DNA of 64,000 bases, taken from Podarcis pityusensis. Its lineage: Eukaryota. Position numbers and translations under genes: made by a program. The notes beneath the pieces were generated by a model. It ran no database searches, had not been told where the DNA came from, and saw only the letters and a list, made by a program, of their open reading frames with translations. Below are positions 51,048-64,000 of this stretch, one piece after another. Position 1 is the stretch's first letter. Every line of letters starts with the position of its first letter. Where the stretch lies: assembly GCA_964106645.2 (NCBI GenBank), contig OZ067042.1; one strand, given 5' to 3'.

Positions 51048-51329
51048 ATGGCCGACAGCGCCAGCGAGAGCGACACGGACGGCGCGGGGGGCAGCGGCGG
51101 CGGTCCGGGGGTGTCTCTGCCCGGCTGCCCGGCGGGGCCTGGCTCCTCGGGGGTCGGCAAAGCGGGCGGCATCGTGATCTCGCCGTTCCGGCTGGAGGAA
51201 CTGACGAACCGCCTGGCGTCGCTGCAGCAGGAGAACAAGGTGCTCAAGATCGAGCTGGAGACCTACAAGCTCAAGTGCAAAGCGCTGCAGGAGGAGAACC
51301 GCGACCTACGCAAGGCCAGCGTCACCATC
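51048..51329 (+). CDS. CCDC6: Coiled-coil domain-containing protein 6, coding part of exon 1 (94 aa)
   Basis: ATG GCC GAC...: [15 protein letters not shown]...[55 protein letters not shown], then donor ACCATC|gtgagt. CCDC6 is the known downstream neighbour of ANK3 on the same strand. I did not recognise exon 2 in this window. Confidence 0.95.
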
Positions 51330-52725
51330 GTGAGTGCGGGAGGGCCGGGCAGGGCGTTACGGGGCTCGACCCCCTTGGCCTCCCCCCCCACGCGAGGCAC
51401 CCTCGCTCCGTCCACAGCGAGGCCCGCCGCTCGCCTCTTCACCTGGGAGTTGGCGGAGGGGAGGCGCCGGCCGGGCCCGCCTCAGGTGGGGCTTGGGAGG
51501 GCCTCGCCTTGAGAGGGTTCCGGGTGGGAACGCTGGCGAGGCGCCGGGTGGAGGCCCAGCTGGGAGGGCTCCGGGCTTTCCCGCGCCTCCGTCCCCATTT
51601 CTCGCCTGCGCGCTTTTCCCCACGCGCGAGCTGCTGCTTTTTGCCCTGGTAGACAGCTCGATCCTGCGCCTACTCCAAAGTAGGTCCTGCCGAGTTGAGT
51701 GCGCGCAGGATTGCATCTCGGAATCTGAGCCGGGCCTTCTCGGTACTGGGTCCTTGGGCAGCAGCCACGCCAATGGGCCCCTGGTGGCAGCCGTCTTTAT
51801 TTTCGTTTTGCTCGCCACATGTTTTGGAGAGGGAATGGGCTCCCTTCTTCTCTGCTCCGCCTGCTGCCGCCATGCACGTCTATTGCACACAGTTGTTGTT
51901 GTGTCGTCGTCGCCGCCTTCTGTTGGAATGGCTGGGTTGTGATTTTTTGTATTCGCACCTGAGCGGAAGGATGGCGTTGGAGATGGTGGCTGCCCGAAGC
52001 GTGGTTCGGAATGAACAGGGTGCCCCATGTAAGTTGCAGCGTTAGAATCTCAGATATATAAGCTAAGTGCCAAAAGGCTCCTTAAACCAGGGTTGCCATC
52101 ACCAAAACGGATAGCCCTAGTTGCCGTTTTGGGGCCAGGTAGTCCTAAAGCCAAATTTCTCAATATGGCTTTTTGGTTGCTGAAATTCATTCTGATTGTG
52201 CAGATAAAATGTAATGGGTAGAACTCGTGTGTGAAAGGAGTCAAGATCCAAGGATTCCCAGGCATGCAGCTCCAGATGATGGAGACATCAAAATGCACCT
52301 AACGAATTTCGAATGCTGGCAAGTTGGTGAAAGCAATGAAAAGCAAGGAAGGCATTATGTGTGGGTACAGTGAGGAATAGAGGTGTGGAGCTAGATGAAT
52401 GGTGGACTTCAGATATTGCACACCTTTATACATGATCTTTCTATAGTATTTATAAATTGCTTTTCTGTGCTTTGGACTAGATGCCCATTGGGCTAGATGT
52501 CCATTCTATTACTCTATTCAGTACCCCCCTTTTTTCTTCCAAGGAGCTCTAAGTGGTATACAAGCAACTCCCATTTGCATAGGCATTGTGTTCTAGGTCA
52601 TTGGCATGTCAGTGGTCACACATAAACCCATTCTGCTCCCCTCCAGGCCCGAAAGCTGCATGTATGTTGGCCATCAGTTGGACATGTGCAAAATGGTCGC
52701 CACCTGTACATGGTTCTCTCACCCC

Positions 52726-52880
52726 AATCCCCACAACAACCATGTGAGGTAGATTTGAGTGAGAGGCAGTGAGTGAGTAGCCCAATGCCACCCGGTGAGC
52801 TTCATGGCCACAGTGGGGATTTGAACTCTGGTCTTCTGGGTCCCAGTCTGACATTCTAACCACTCATCCACAGTGGCTCA
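52726..52880 (-). mobile_element. MIR-like tRNA-derived SINE
   Basis: acaacaaccatgtgaggtag...gagcttcatggcc...ggggatttgaactc: reverse-strand B box and CORE-like body. Confidence 0.65.
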
Positions 52881-54457
52881 TTTTATATAGCAAAGCCAGA
52901 TCTAGGGTGACTCAGAAAAACAGGGCATAGAGCAGTCACAAAACATACAAGTGGGATCAAGTTTTATTCTTTATTCTCTCTCGGATCACTGAATGGTTGC
53001 CATTGACTTGTAATATGGGGGGAAATAAAATGCTGCACTGAGAGGAAAGCCATGGCAAAAAAAGGTGCCGTATGGTACTGCATAGGTCTGCTATGTACTT
53101 ACATTCTGTGGCAGAATTGCTGGAACCACCTTCATTGGTTTTGTGTGAGGTTGCAGTCAAAAGTCTAGTTACTGTGTTGCCAAAGCCCTGTTCAAACCTA
53201 ACATTTGAATGCTTCCATTGAGTCACATCAGTCCTGTTATTGCTGCGCAAATGGTTCATTGGATCCAACAATGACATTACATTGGGGCAATGCTAGATAT
53301 GGTTTTCCTTTCTCTAATTAAAGAGAATCAAACCTATTTGTGTGGGACCAAATATATAATGTCTAAATCAGAATGAGCACTTTCAGAGATTTGAAGTAGA
53401 ATTGCCTGTCTAAAATGGCTTTGGTTCTTGGAAAGAAATTAATCAGTCTTAGCAAAATTCCATGGTTTATGGTAGATTCAGGATTACAGCCTCTGTAAGC
53501 AGAGTTGCTTCAGAGATCATGAAAATTAGCCATAGCCTTTCTTTTGAAATTTGACTTTGTATGTAGTTTGTACGGTGTGCCAAGGTGAAAACTGTACTTG
53601 AGTGCCTCCAGGTGACATCTAACAGGATTTAGTTGTCCAAAATAGTTTGACAAATAGGCTGCTATGATGTTTATTTTACATTACTAAGCACAGTCCTGAT
53701 GAAGACGCATGGGAGCTGACACAACACAAGTACTGGTGCAAGGCTGGGCTTTTAATATGCAGGGCTTCAATAATGAATATTAGGTACTGTGGCAAAATAC
53801 ACTAGCTTAGTTTTGTGAGCATCTATAAGTCAAGCCAAATATATACTGAACACAATATCTGTTGTCTGTTGTAGACACAAGCTGTTCACAAACATATTGT
53901 GTGACATTGACAATAGTGGTATGTTCTAAGGGACCAGACTACATAGGGGAACCAGTTATGTAGCATAACTGGTCTAGTTCATTGTGGAATAGACATTCCT
54001 AGGCAATCACTGACTTTCATCAGCTAGGTAAAATACTGTCTCTTTAGTTGAAGTTGCTGATTAGTTTGCTTTATTCAGTTCTTAAGTTTGAATACTTATT
54101 TGAGAACTGACTATCATACTGGAACATTTCACTCATTTTGAATCTATTCTGACAATAGAAAACCTTTGGCTTAAGGGTTTACTCTAAAGCATAGTAGTAG
54201 CATTCTACATGGCTCTGAAATTTTGAAAACTTGGTGAGTTTGTCTTTTTGACATCCAGCTTATCCTATAAATCAAGAGGCAATCTTGTGGAATCTATAGA
54301 AGTTTGGCTTCCTGTGTATTTCTTGGAGAATAGTGACCAAACTGTTAGGAAGGAGTCCCTGGTGGATCCTAGAACTAGACACAAGATACTCTTTGAACAA
54401 ATGAATATTCTTCTTTGATGCCAGTAAAATGAACAAATGATTTTTTGCTCCCTAGTA

Positions 54458-54669
54458 CAGTGGTACCTCGGGTTAAGTACTTAATTCGTTCCGGAGGTCC
54501 GTTCTTAACCTGAAACTGTTCTTAACCTGAAGCACCACTTTAGCTAATGGGGCCTCCCGCTGCTGCACGATTTCTGTTCTCATCCTGAAGCAAAGTTCTT
54601 AACCCAAGGTACTATTTCTGGCTTAGTGGAGTTTGTAACCAGAAGCATATGTAACCCGAGGTACCGCTG
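54458..54669. mobile_element. Same Tc1/mariner MITE family, opposite orientation
   Basis: TA|CAGTGGTACCTCGGGTTA ... TAACCCGAGGTACCGCTG|TA; internal sequence is the reverse complement of 48426-48651. Confidence 0.88.
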
Positions 54670-57600
54670 TAATTCTAATAAGAATGAGTCTGAAAGGGAT
54701 ACCTCTCCCCAGCAAGCTCCCTATATCAGGATGTAATCTCCTGCCATAGGGAACCTGTGTAGATGCTCTCTGCTTATCTGGTAGGCTCCCCCAAAGTCTG
54801 GGTGAAATTTTGTTTACAAAGTGCTGTGAAAGTGACCACATTTAATGGAGTTACTGAATGCTTATTTGTCTGGATAGCCCTTTCAAAATAAATGATAACA
54901 GCTTGATAAGTGTCTTGATAAGTATCTTGATGATGATACGCATTAACTTCCACAGGATGCTGAATTAAATCTCCCTTTTTAATAACAGAGAAAGTCTTCC
55001 AATCTATGACTTCTCAAGTTTGATATTAACTGGTATGTTCATTCAAATAGTTTATGTTTAATGAGGCTTGATTGGGTCACCTGATCTGGATTCACATGGG
55101 GGAAAAGAGTAATAAGCAAGTGATAAAGACTCATTTCTTCACTTGTTTTTATCATGATGAAACAAGTCTCTTTATATGTTGTGGATATACTTGGGATAAT
55201 TTAAAGTTCAGTATTGGTACATACTATGTTAGGAGGCAGAAACTTCTGGGGAAAATGCCAAAATTATTTGCAATGTGACTAGAGGAGCTTATTGATGCTG
55301 ATTTCAGTGAATGGCCTCAGATGCAAATCTTCACATTAAAGATGTGTACTTTATGTAAACTAAGGCCTTAGATGTGTGCAAGTTCAAAGGGGTTATCTTG
55401 ATAATAAACAATTACAATTGGCAATACTTTCTTTAAGAGTCTAAATATTGCATTCACCAGTGGTTTATATATAAATGGTTTTATATGTAATACAGAAATA
55501 CAGAAGTACAGATAGTTCTGAAAAGCTTACTGAAGAATATAGAAGGGTACAGCATTTCTATAGCAAGTTGTTGGCAGTCGGCCTTTTAATAGCTTTCAAA
55601 AATATCTGTAAAATGAACACTTAAATAGTTTTTGATTGTCATGGCAAGGGCTGTTTAGATACTGAAAATCAAGCTAGATACCTAATGGGCCACATGAAAA
55701 GTAGTGTTAAATCAGTTGTGCGTCACAACTGAAGTGTTAATGTGCAAGCAGTAAAGGATTGAGTGAATGCATAAAAAAGAATAGGATGTTAATCTAAGAA
55801 CTACTTTATACCATTTTTTGCTGTCAGTACCGTTGGGGCTTAGAGATGCTTCCTCTTTCAGTACAGCTTTTTTCTGTTTCTTTTTGGTGTTTTAAGATTT
55901 CAGGCAATGTTTTAAAAACGTAGATGTGTATAGTTCACATTTCTTTTTGCTGTAAGATTTGAACATAATTATGAAACCAGTGGAATTTATTTGTTAATGT
56001 GAAAAGAGCTGAAACTTTTTAAATGTTTGTTAAGCAGAAACGAATATTTCACTAACTTTTAGTGCTAAAGACGGCTTCCACTATTAAGTATTCAGATGCA
56101 TCCAGTAATGTAGAGAAGAATAGTTTTTTAAAAAATAATATTTGAAATTTGATAGTAGAAGAGAGTTGCCCAAACTTCTGAAAGCTGAGGCAGTCCCCCC
56201 ATCCCGCAATTAAAACTGACGGCATTCTTCTCTTGTTTACATAACTAAAAACAAAGCTCTTTGGATGTGTAAGAACTATCTGCCCTCGGAGGAGCTTTAC
56301 CCCTGTGTTTCTGAGTTGCTGTTCTGAGTGTGCCTCCTCTGAGGGTAGTTCTGCTACATCTCTCTCTGTGGGGTAATTTAATGATCAAATTGCATCAAAT
56401 GCTGAGGCTGCTTGGGAGGCTCTAAGGACAAACAGTGGATCTTACTGACATGCAGGTGGCAGTCTCCTCTGTAGGTGGATCCTTTTTGCTTGTGAGAGGT
56501 TACTTTTGATTGCATCTTAGCTGTTCTCTTGCGGCTCACTGGTGTGCCCAAATAGCAGAAATTTATGGGGGTAGCTGTGCTGGATTTAGGGGGGGAGCTT
56601 GAATTTAGGATGGGTACACATTACCTCTATTGCTTGTATACTGTAGGTAGAGCAGAATCCATCGTTGTTGTTAGTTCACCTTCTCCACACTGCCAGGATG
56701 AGTAGCATCTCATTGTTCATTGGATTCCAAGGATGATAACATCAATATACAGTGGGAAATTTTGCTGCATGTATCAAGTGTTGGAGCCCAAGTTAGAAAT
56801 TATTTATTTGTATGATGTGTTAACAGTGTACTTAGTGTTTTTAGAAATCCAAAGATGCCTTAAAATTTATAGTGTATTGATCTGTTTCTTACTGGAAATA
56901 GAAATCGTGGCCACAGCAAAGAACCACTCATCCATACTTGTTTCTTGAATTGCACCCTCTCAAAACACATTCCTCCACCCTCACACCAATTCTACATGGC
57001 AAACCTGTTTTAAAGGGGAAGTTTTAAAAAGTAGCTTGTGCTGTGGCAATGCGGGTGAGGTAACAATCTAATTACTTTTTTAAAGAAAACCCACCAGGTT
57101 AGTACAAGCATTTGGGTGTGCCACAGTAGTTCTTTGGACTTCAGCCCATTTGTGTGATTTTTTTGGATTATTTAATATTGATATGGAATAAGAGTTCCCT
57201 TAAAGTTACTGGTCCGTCCCCCCCCCCATGATATTTTGACATAGCTTTGTACAAATAAATATAGTATTAAACAAAGACAATTTCAACTTACTCTGCAGAG
57301 GGAGCAGTGACTACGCCAACTTTTGCTGGGCAAGTGGGGTTTGTGAGTACACAGTGATGCACCTTTAATTATTTTTATTTAATTGCCAATCTATTCTGTA
57401 CATCCTAGGGAGCAAAAATTCACTTACTATCTAGCACTTCCACCGTGTTCCTTTCTAATAGGAAGCAAAATTCTGCACAAGGTCCTTTCTACCTTTTGGG
57501 GGGATTGTCACATCTATTTATGCAGATTTCTGGTGATGAGTCAATAAAGGTACAGAAGGATCCTGCAGGTGAGATACCCAGAACTAGGACAGTACTGCTG

Positions 57601-58149
57601 ATACAGACTGGTCAAAGAGTTGTAAAATGTATTTGCGGTCAGAGGTGTGCAGTACAGCAATGGAAAATAATCTAAAATGGCAAGTCCTGGCAAGAAGTTG
57701 GAATATTTGCTTAGTTTTTGGTTTGCGTTAACAATGACAACTCGGACCTTAAAGCAAAGCGGTTATTAAACTAGGTTCTTGGTGGAAATCAATAATATGG
57801 CATTTTTTCGTTCTGATGTTTAGTTTTATTTTCTTTATTCTTATTTTTTTTAGACTCCCTGATTAGATTTCTTATGCAGGATGTTAGTTTTGATCCTCCT
57901 GCATATGAGTATGTACATGTTTAGTTCTTGCTTCCTTCTAATAAGTGTTACAATAAGATGCTTACCATTCTAGGTTTTCTGCTTTCTGAGAAAGGAGGCC
58001 TATGGTTGTCTCTTGAGAGTGTGGCAGAAGAGATGGATATGAATGTTAAGGCACTCCATCTTTTTCTTAGTTAATGAAACTGGCAACTCTTTGGGCAACT
58101 CATCCTAAGTAAACTCCGTGATGAAATTGTTAAATGTTTTTGGTTTTGC

Positions 58150-58590
58150 ATGTTCTGGTGAAACAGCCAAAGCTGGGCATAACCATTTCTAGCCGCAGAA
58201 GAGATTTGAGACTCTGGTGACAAGTTGGAATCCTGGAGTACTCCCAGACTATGAATCTGTTCCTTCAAGCCCTCACAGAAGAGTTTGCTCCCCTAATTCC
58301 TGGACTTGGAAGGCATCCACCCACAGAACCTCCATCTTGTCAGCTTTCAGCCTGTTTAATTGGCCCCGATCCAGCCCCTTACTGCTTCCAGACACAAGTT
58401 CAACACCTGCATAGCACCTCCAGATTGAGATAAAATGGAGAGATAAAACTGAGTGCCAGCAGCATAAAGATTCTGTGCTCCCAACTCCACATATGATGGC
58501 ACCCAACTATTTCATATAGATGTTGAATAACATATAAAACAGAATGGATCCTTGTGAAGACCCCAAGCTGAAATGCTATGGAGCCAAGTA
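58150..58590 (-). mobile_element. L2 LINE reverse transcriptase fragment, degenerate
   Basis: Minus-strand peptides GSILFYMLFNIYMK, LNRLKADKMEVLWV and KEQIHSLGVLQDSNLSPESQISSAAR resemble L2 RT motifs. Confidence 0.75.
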
Positions 58591-59419
58591 ACTTTCTCTA
58601 GATGCTCTGAAATAATAGCAACTTTCAGCAAATTGAAGGACGTAGTTAAATCTTTTTTCCTCTCTTCATTGACATTTTTTCCTTTTCCTTCTCCTTCTCT
58701 CTCTTTGTTGTTGTTGTTGCTCATTCAAATTTATCCAAAAAAAGCAAAGGTAGCCTTCTTTCCCTTTTTGTTTCATGATACTCTATTGCTGACTGCACGG
58801 CATTATTTGCTGACTACATGGCATTATTTTAATAATTGTATACTCCATCCATAGAGCAAAACAGAGTGGAATTTCAGAGAGAACCTGGAAGAATGCCAAA
58901 GTGTAAGGGGTGGGAGTGACTCAACAGAACAGTTAAACAAATATGGTAATTTGTAACTGTGTTCTTATTTATACTTCCCACATGTAGTGGAACTATAACT
59001 GCTCTCTGCTTGCTGCTAGACACAGAATAGAAATGTTAATTATTAAAGCTGATGAATATCTTGCAACTTAAGAGTGAAGATTGTGCATATCTTACCTGTA
59101 GCTATGCATATTCTATAGCCTTCTAAGTTGAATTGAAACTTGCTTCTTTTCTCTGGGAAACTGAAAAGAACAGCCATGCTTGGACTATGTTAGGCAAGGC
59201 AAAAGGTATGTGGCAAAGTTCAAATGATCCAGTTAATTAAAAGTGTCAGTATAGTCAAGTCACAAAGGGAAAGAGTCTTTAATAAAATGGAACCATTTCC
59301 ATTTATATATATGAAGAGATCATCACAGGAGGGGAGACATGAGAGTGAAACGAAAATATTCCAAGGCTACACTCCAAAGAGTCTGTTTAGGTGCACCACA
59401 GGGCTTCTGTGTTTTTCTC

Positions 59420-59910
59420 CATCTCCGTTGGCTGCCAGTCCATTACTCGGACCAAATCAAAGCTTTGGTATTAACCTTAAAGTCCTGAACAGCTTTAGGC
59501 CAAGTTACCTGAAGGATTGTTTCCTCTTAGACATAAGTTTCTGGATCCTAAGATCATCTTCAGAGACCCTTCTCTTGGTGCCCACACCAGATCAGATGCT
59601 GTGGCAATGGTAGCTACCCAGGAGGGACATTTTTTGGTGGTGGTGCTCTGGTTGTGGAATGCCCTTCCCAGAGATGTGTGCCTGTTACCCACATCATGGT
59701 TGTTTTGCCATGCTTTTTAAGTATTTAGAATCTTCTGGTGCTTTTTAATGCTGTTTTTATATAGTTGCAGATTGTGGCTACAATTTTTATTGTGATTATA
59801 TGTTTGGCCTTGTATTAATTTTTGTATGGCTTTTAAATGGTCTTGTTCGCCACCCAGAGAATTATTGGATGAGTAATTGAGCAGTATACAATGTTTAAAA
59901 CAGAGAAATA
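59420..59910 (+). mobile_element. L2 LINE 3' fragment
   Basis: ctccgttggctgccagtc (LxWLPV) ... ttaaagtcctgaacagctttaggccaagttacctgaag (KxLNxLGPxYLK), then a T-rich UTR ending cgccacccagag...aaataaat. Confidence 0.7.
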
Positions 59911-62900
59911 AATCTTCCATGTCATATCACAAACTGTTTTCAAAACGTGCCTGCAATGGAGCTGGGGTGCACTTGTGAAACCAGGCTGGGCACACAGGGT
60001 TACTAAACCTGTGAAAGTGATTTTTTTTCTTTCCAAACCAGGAGCTATGGCTAATTATGGTTTATCCAAACAAGCCAGGATCAGAAATGGTGGTTTGATC
60101 TTGGCTTGTTTGGACAAACCATAGCAAAAGCTAATCAGACTTTAACCTCTTTAAAATGGAACCAGATGCGTCCCATGTTTTTCTCACCACCATGCTAAAG
60201 AATGAGAAGGGAGTGCACAAGCACAAGGCTCATTCATACAGAACTATGTTTTAGTGCTGTGTCGAAAGGCAACCTTATGTAATTCACAGTTTGTAAAAAT
60301 TAAATGCAGGCAGGCTGCATTGCAAAGCGAGGCAAATGCGTCTACAAAGCTAGTAAGGGAAACCAGTGTTACTCCAACAGATTGAGCTTCATTGAAGTCT
60401 TCAAATCAGTATGAATTTCTTCCATTGGAAAAATACAAGGTAATAAATACATCACATGATTTGGATTTAGACATCAGACACCTAAAATGAAGCAACGTGA
60501 AAAGGAAATGATAGAAACTACTTTTGTGACTTCACAAACTATTTTTTCTAAGCACAGAGTGTTCAAAGTTTATTCCGATGGATAGCACAACCAATATCCT
60601 AGAATCAAGTTGCAAGATTCTCCAACTTGTTTGCACACCCTATTTTTCTGTATTTTGTAATACAAATTAGCTCCAGTTTCAGCCAGTGGGTGCCAGCTAT
60701 TCTGCCAAACCTGCTGTTCCAAGTATGAGTGTGCACTATTCTAGAGCACACTTGGGTCATCGACGGTTCCATGCACCAGTGTAGTTTTTCCTGTACCCTA
60801 CTGAATCAAGGAGCTCTGAGCAGTACAGTGAAGGAGAGGAAACCTCTGTTGGTTGCCTAACTATCTCACACAGCCAGTCACACAGGTCCTCTTTCTCTTT
60901 TCTAAGCACGCTACAACTCCTTTCTCCGTTTTCCATTTGTGTCACTTTTCTGCATTATAAAGGCATAATTTTCTCCAAAAAACACAACTTTCTTCATCTT
61001 GTTTTTCATGTTTTGTACTTCCTTAAGAAGCTTAGTATAGTCAATATTTATAGGACCAGCTCCTTATAAGAGGAAAGAGTGTTGAAAGCTCATGGTACTG
61101 ATCTGCTTATTTACAAATGTGCACATACAAATGGATAAAACACACAAACATACTCAGTTAGAGTCACAGTTGCTGCCCCCTTTGCCTCTCTAGAATTATC
61201 GCAATCATCCAGCCAGCCAGCCAGCTCTAGGCTGCTTCTGTTCTGCAAACTTTGTGAAAAGAAGAAAACAATTGTGCCAAACTAAAACTGGATTGAGTTC
61301 TCACCAGAGCAGTATGAGTCACATCAATGCCTGGAACAACCTAATGATCCATTAATGCCATATTCAAAGCTCACCAAGCACAGGGTGGATGTCATAGTAG
61401 GCCAGCAAACTTTACAACCCAGTAATAATTTTTGAAACCGCATTTTATATTCCCACTGCCACAAGACACACACAGGCTATAATCTGAAAACGAAAAACTG
61501 CAGTTAGGTGAATATGGAAGCAGCTCCTTCCATTCTCCCCCTTGGCATCTGTGCCAAGCACCATAGTCTGATAGATTTGTGTGTGGCATTAATTGGGATT
61601 TTAAAAATTGCTCTATTCCAAAGCCTGAGGTCTGATTTGAAACAAGATTAAAATATTGTAAACCTACATACATCTGCAGCTGAAATCTTAACACCCCCTC
61701 CAAAAAGAGCCAGTTGAAAAGCTAGTTTTATAGTCTCTATAAAATAATTTCTATGATATGGGTGATTATTTGATTTTGTTTTAAATCCTTTTTTAGCTGT
61801 ATCTTGCATGGTACAATAAATGTGGATTTGGAGGGCATTTTCTGCTTTTGTCTCCTCAGTGGTTCCCATTTTGCACATTGAGATTGGGAGAGAACTGATA
61901 TCCGAAACCATTTTATCATTTTCATCTCGAAATGGTAATGTGTCGTATGTGTCAGTAAACAAGTCTTCTCTTTTTTTATTAAAAAAAAAATAGCAACATG
62001 GCGCCAGTGGCAGGCAAAGCTTCATTGCCTTTCTACTGCCTCAGGCCAAGTAGCATTGCAAATTATGTTTGGCGGTTCAGTAAACCAGTCCAATTGAAGT
62101 TTGTATGAAACTGTAGGTAGAGACGTTTTTTATTAATATATTTTATTAGGTTTTTAAAAATTTGTTTTTTACAAAATAACAAAAGCCAGCAAGGGAGAAA
62201 AACATGAGTTGGGAGGATGGTGTCTAGATCAGTAGCAAAATATCCATGAATGGGTGCCTGTCCATAACCATGTGGGTAAGGGTGTAAAAGTAATAAGTTC
62301 AGTTTATATGTTGAATGCTGTAAGGCAAAGTGGCTAACCTGGGGCATTCACATTTTATTGGACCATAATTCCAATCATCCCTGACTACTGGCTACAGTTT
62401 TTAAGCATAAGAAACAGATTGTTCCATTAACATAATGATAACAGTTGCACAAGTAATCATGGGTTGTGAATTACCAGTGGCAACAACAATGGATCTCATA
62501 AGCCTTGACTGAGCAGCCAATGCACACTCACCACCACATGGGTAGTGCCCACAAAATGGTTACATGAAGCATATAATTGCTGTTATTTCATGCAGTTGTG
62601 TCAACCACAATGATGGCATCTGCCTCTTGGTGTCATCTGTGGTGAGCCCTACCACTTCCGAGCCTGCCTTTCTTGACATCCCTAGCAAGCTATCTAGACT
62701 CAGTCTGTGGTTTGATTGACTATAGTCCTAGGTCTACTAGGAAGATAATGTCTTTTGGGATGTTCACACCCTCATGGGTTGTTGAGCTTCTATCTGCTGT
62801 GTATTTTGGAAAGTGGTTTGTCTGTCCATCTGTCCTCTATAGGTTTGACTATCTCTTGAGATATCATTGTCAGACTTAGTAGAATAGTTCCCAAGGGCAG

Positions 62901-63865
62901 CGGGCAGTGGTCTTTGTTGCCATTTGGATGCCGGACAGCATTTTGAATCATTATGTGAGTCTGCAACCACACTTTGGCATGGCTGTTCCCATTTTCTGGG
63001 CTAGGTTCAGCTGCCTCTTGTGAGATACTGTTGCCAAACTTGGCACAAAATTTCCTGAAGTAAAGATGGGGGTATTATCTGCCATTTGGGCACTAAGCAC
63101 CACTTTGAATCAAGATGAGAGAACAAAACATTGCTTTGACGTGACTTCACCCGATTTTTGGCATGATGAGTCCAAACTCACAAATTACACTGTCCATTTA
63201 AAAATCACAATCTTTTTGGTTTTCAAAAAGCACGACATATAAGCAGCCAATGCCACCTTTTATTATTATTTTATTATAAAACTTCTCTGGCTTTTACATC
63301 ACGTGTTTAGAACATATGTAGGCGCCATTAGGTCACCAGTGTCCATGCCTCCTTTTGATTTATTATAATAAAGAGATATCTCAAGCTCGAAATTCTGTTT
63401 ATGTGTTGGAGAATGGTGACTCACTGTCCTTCATTTGTTTAGTACATATCTTAGCAATGTCAAATAGCCTTGAAAACAAAACAAAAAATGCTACTTCTAT
63501 ATTTTTAGGCAAGGATTTTTTCTTTCTTCGAGGGAAAAACAGAAATGCCCCCCCCCACCTTCACAATTTGCAGGGGGGAGGTTTGGAAAAATAATGTTAT
63601 TCTAATGTGACAGGAAAAAGCTGTAGTTACTTGTTCTCATTTGCAGTGATATTCAACCTCAGAAACTTGAATTCAAGGTTTTGCTTTCCTCTGTTTGCCA
63701 ATTTAAATGTTTTTAGAAAATGAGAAATTTACTTGTTGTGAAAGAAAGAGAAGAAGCTAAGCTTGGATTTCACAACTAGCCAGTCACCTAATGGATTTTT
63801 ATTTCATTTCTCCTACCCTCTAAAAATAGAACTCACTTTTCTGTTCACTACTGTCGGTGTTGGAG

Positions 63866-64000
63866 AGGCGCTGTGGTCTAAACCACTGAGCCTAGGGCTT
63901 GCCAATAGGAAGGTTGGCCGTTTGAATCCCCGCGACAGGGTGAGCTCCCGTTGCTCGGTCCCAGCTCCTGCCAACCTAGCAGTTCGAAAGGACGTCAAAG
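63866..64000 (+). mobile_element. Sauria SINE 5' part, cut by the window edge
   Basis: GGCGCTGTGGTCTAAACCACTGAGCCTAGGGCTTGCC...TTTGAATCCCCGCGACAGGGTGAGCTCCCG, the reverse complement of the other two copies. Confidence 0.88.

Larger units (their letters stand above)
50560..51750. promoter_or_regulatory. CpG island / CCDC6 promoter and first exon
   Basis: Abrupt rise in GC and CpG density; GC boxes (CCGCCC) near 50671 and 50707; surrounds the CCDC6 start codon. Confidence 0.85.

Noticed and set aside
50621-52045. Several overlapping 170-220 aa ORFs on both strands in the CpG island
   Set aside because: Expected from the scarcity of stop codons at very high GC; only the CCDC6 frame gives a recognisable protein.
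1-64000. Prokaryotic-type systems (CRISPR array, operon, defence island)
   Set aside because: The window is intron-exon vertebrate DNA; no regularly spaced repeat-spacer array was seen.
51330-64000. Further CCDC6 exons or a nested gene in intron 1
   Set aside because: No sequence resembling CCDC6 exon 2 was recognised; the ORFs are short and derive from repeats or chance.

Overview
Vertebrate genomic DNA from a squamate reptile, probably a lacertid lizard (inferred from the Sauria SINE copies). The + strand carries the 3' half of ANK3 (ankyrin-G) from about 1 to 39.5 kb. This includes the ZU5-ZU5-UPA exons, the 7.7-kb neuronal giant exon (14110-21816), the death-domain exons, an alternative-acceptor C-terminal exon, three muscle-type cassette exons, the last coding exon and a separate non-coding 3' UTR exon. 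About 11 kb of transposon-rich intergenic DNA follows, then a CpG island with CCDC6 exon 1 (51048-51329) and the first 12.6 kb of its intron 1. Repeats include Sauria SINEs, hAT and Tc1/mariner-type MITEs, and L1, L2 and CR1 fragments. The most interesting unexplained signals are: a candidate 30-nt in-frame neural microexon just before the giant exon; a candidate SP-repeat exon after the death domain; a 140-N assembly gap where a known microexon is expected; and an upstream ATG in frame with CCDC6 and separated from it by a single stop codon. Comparisons to human and rodent proteins are from memory, not from a database search.
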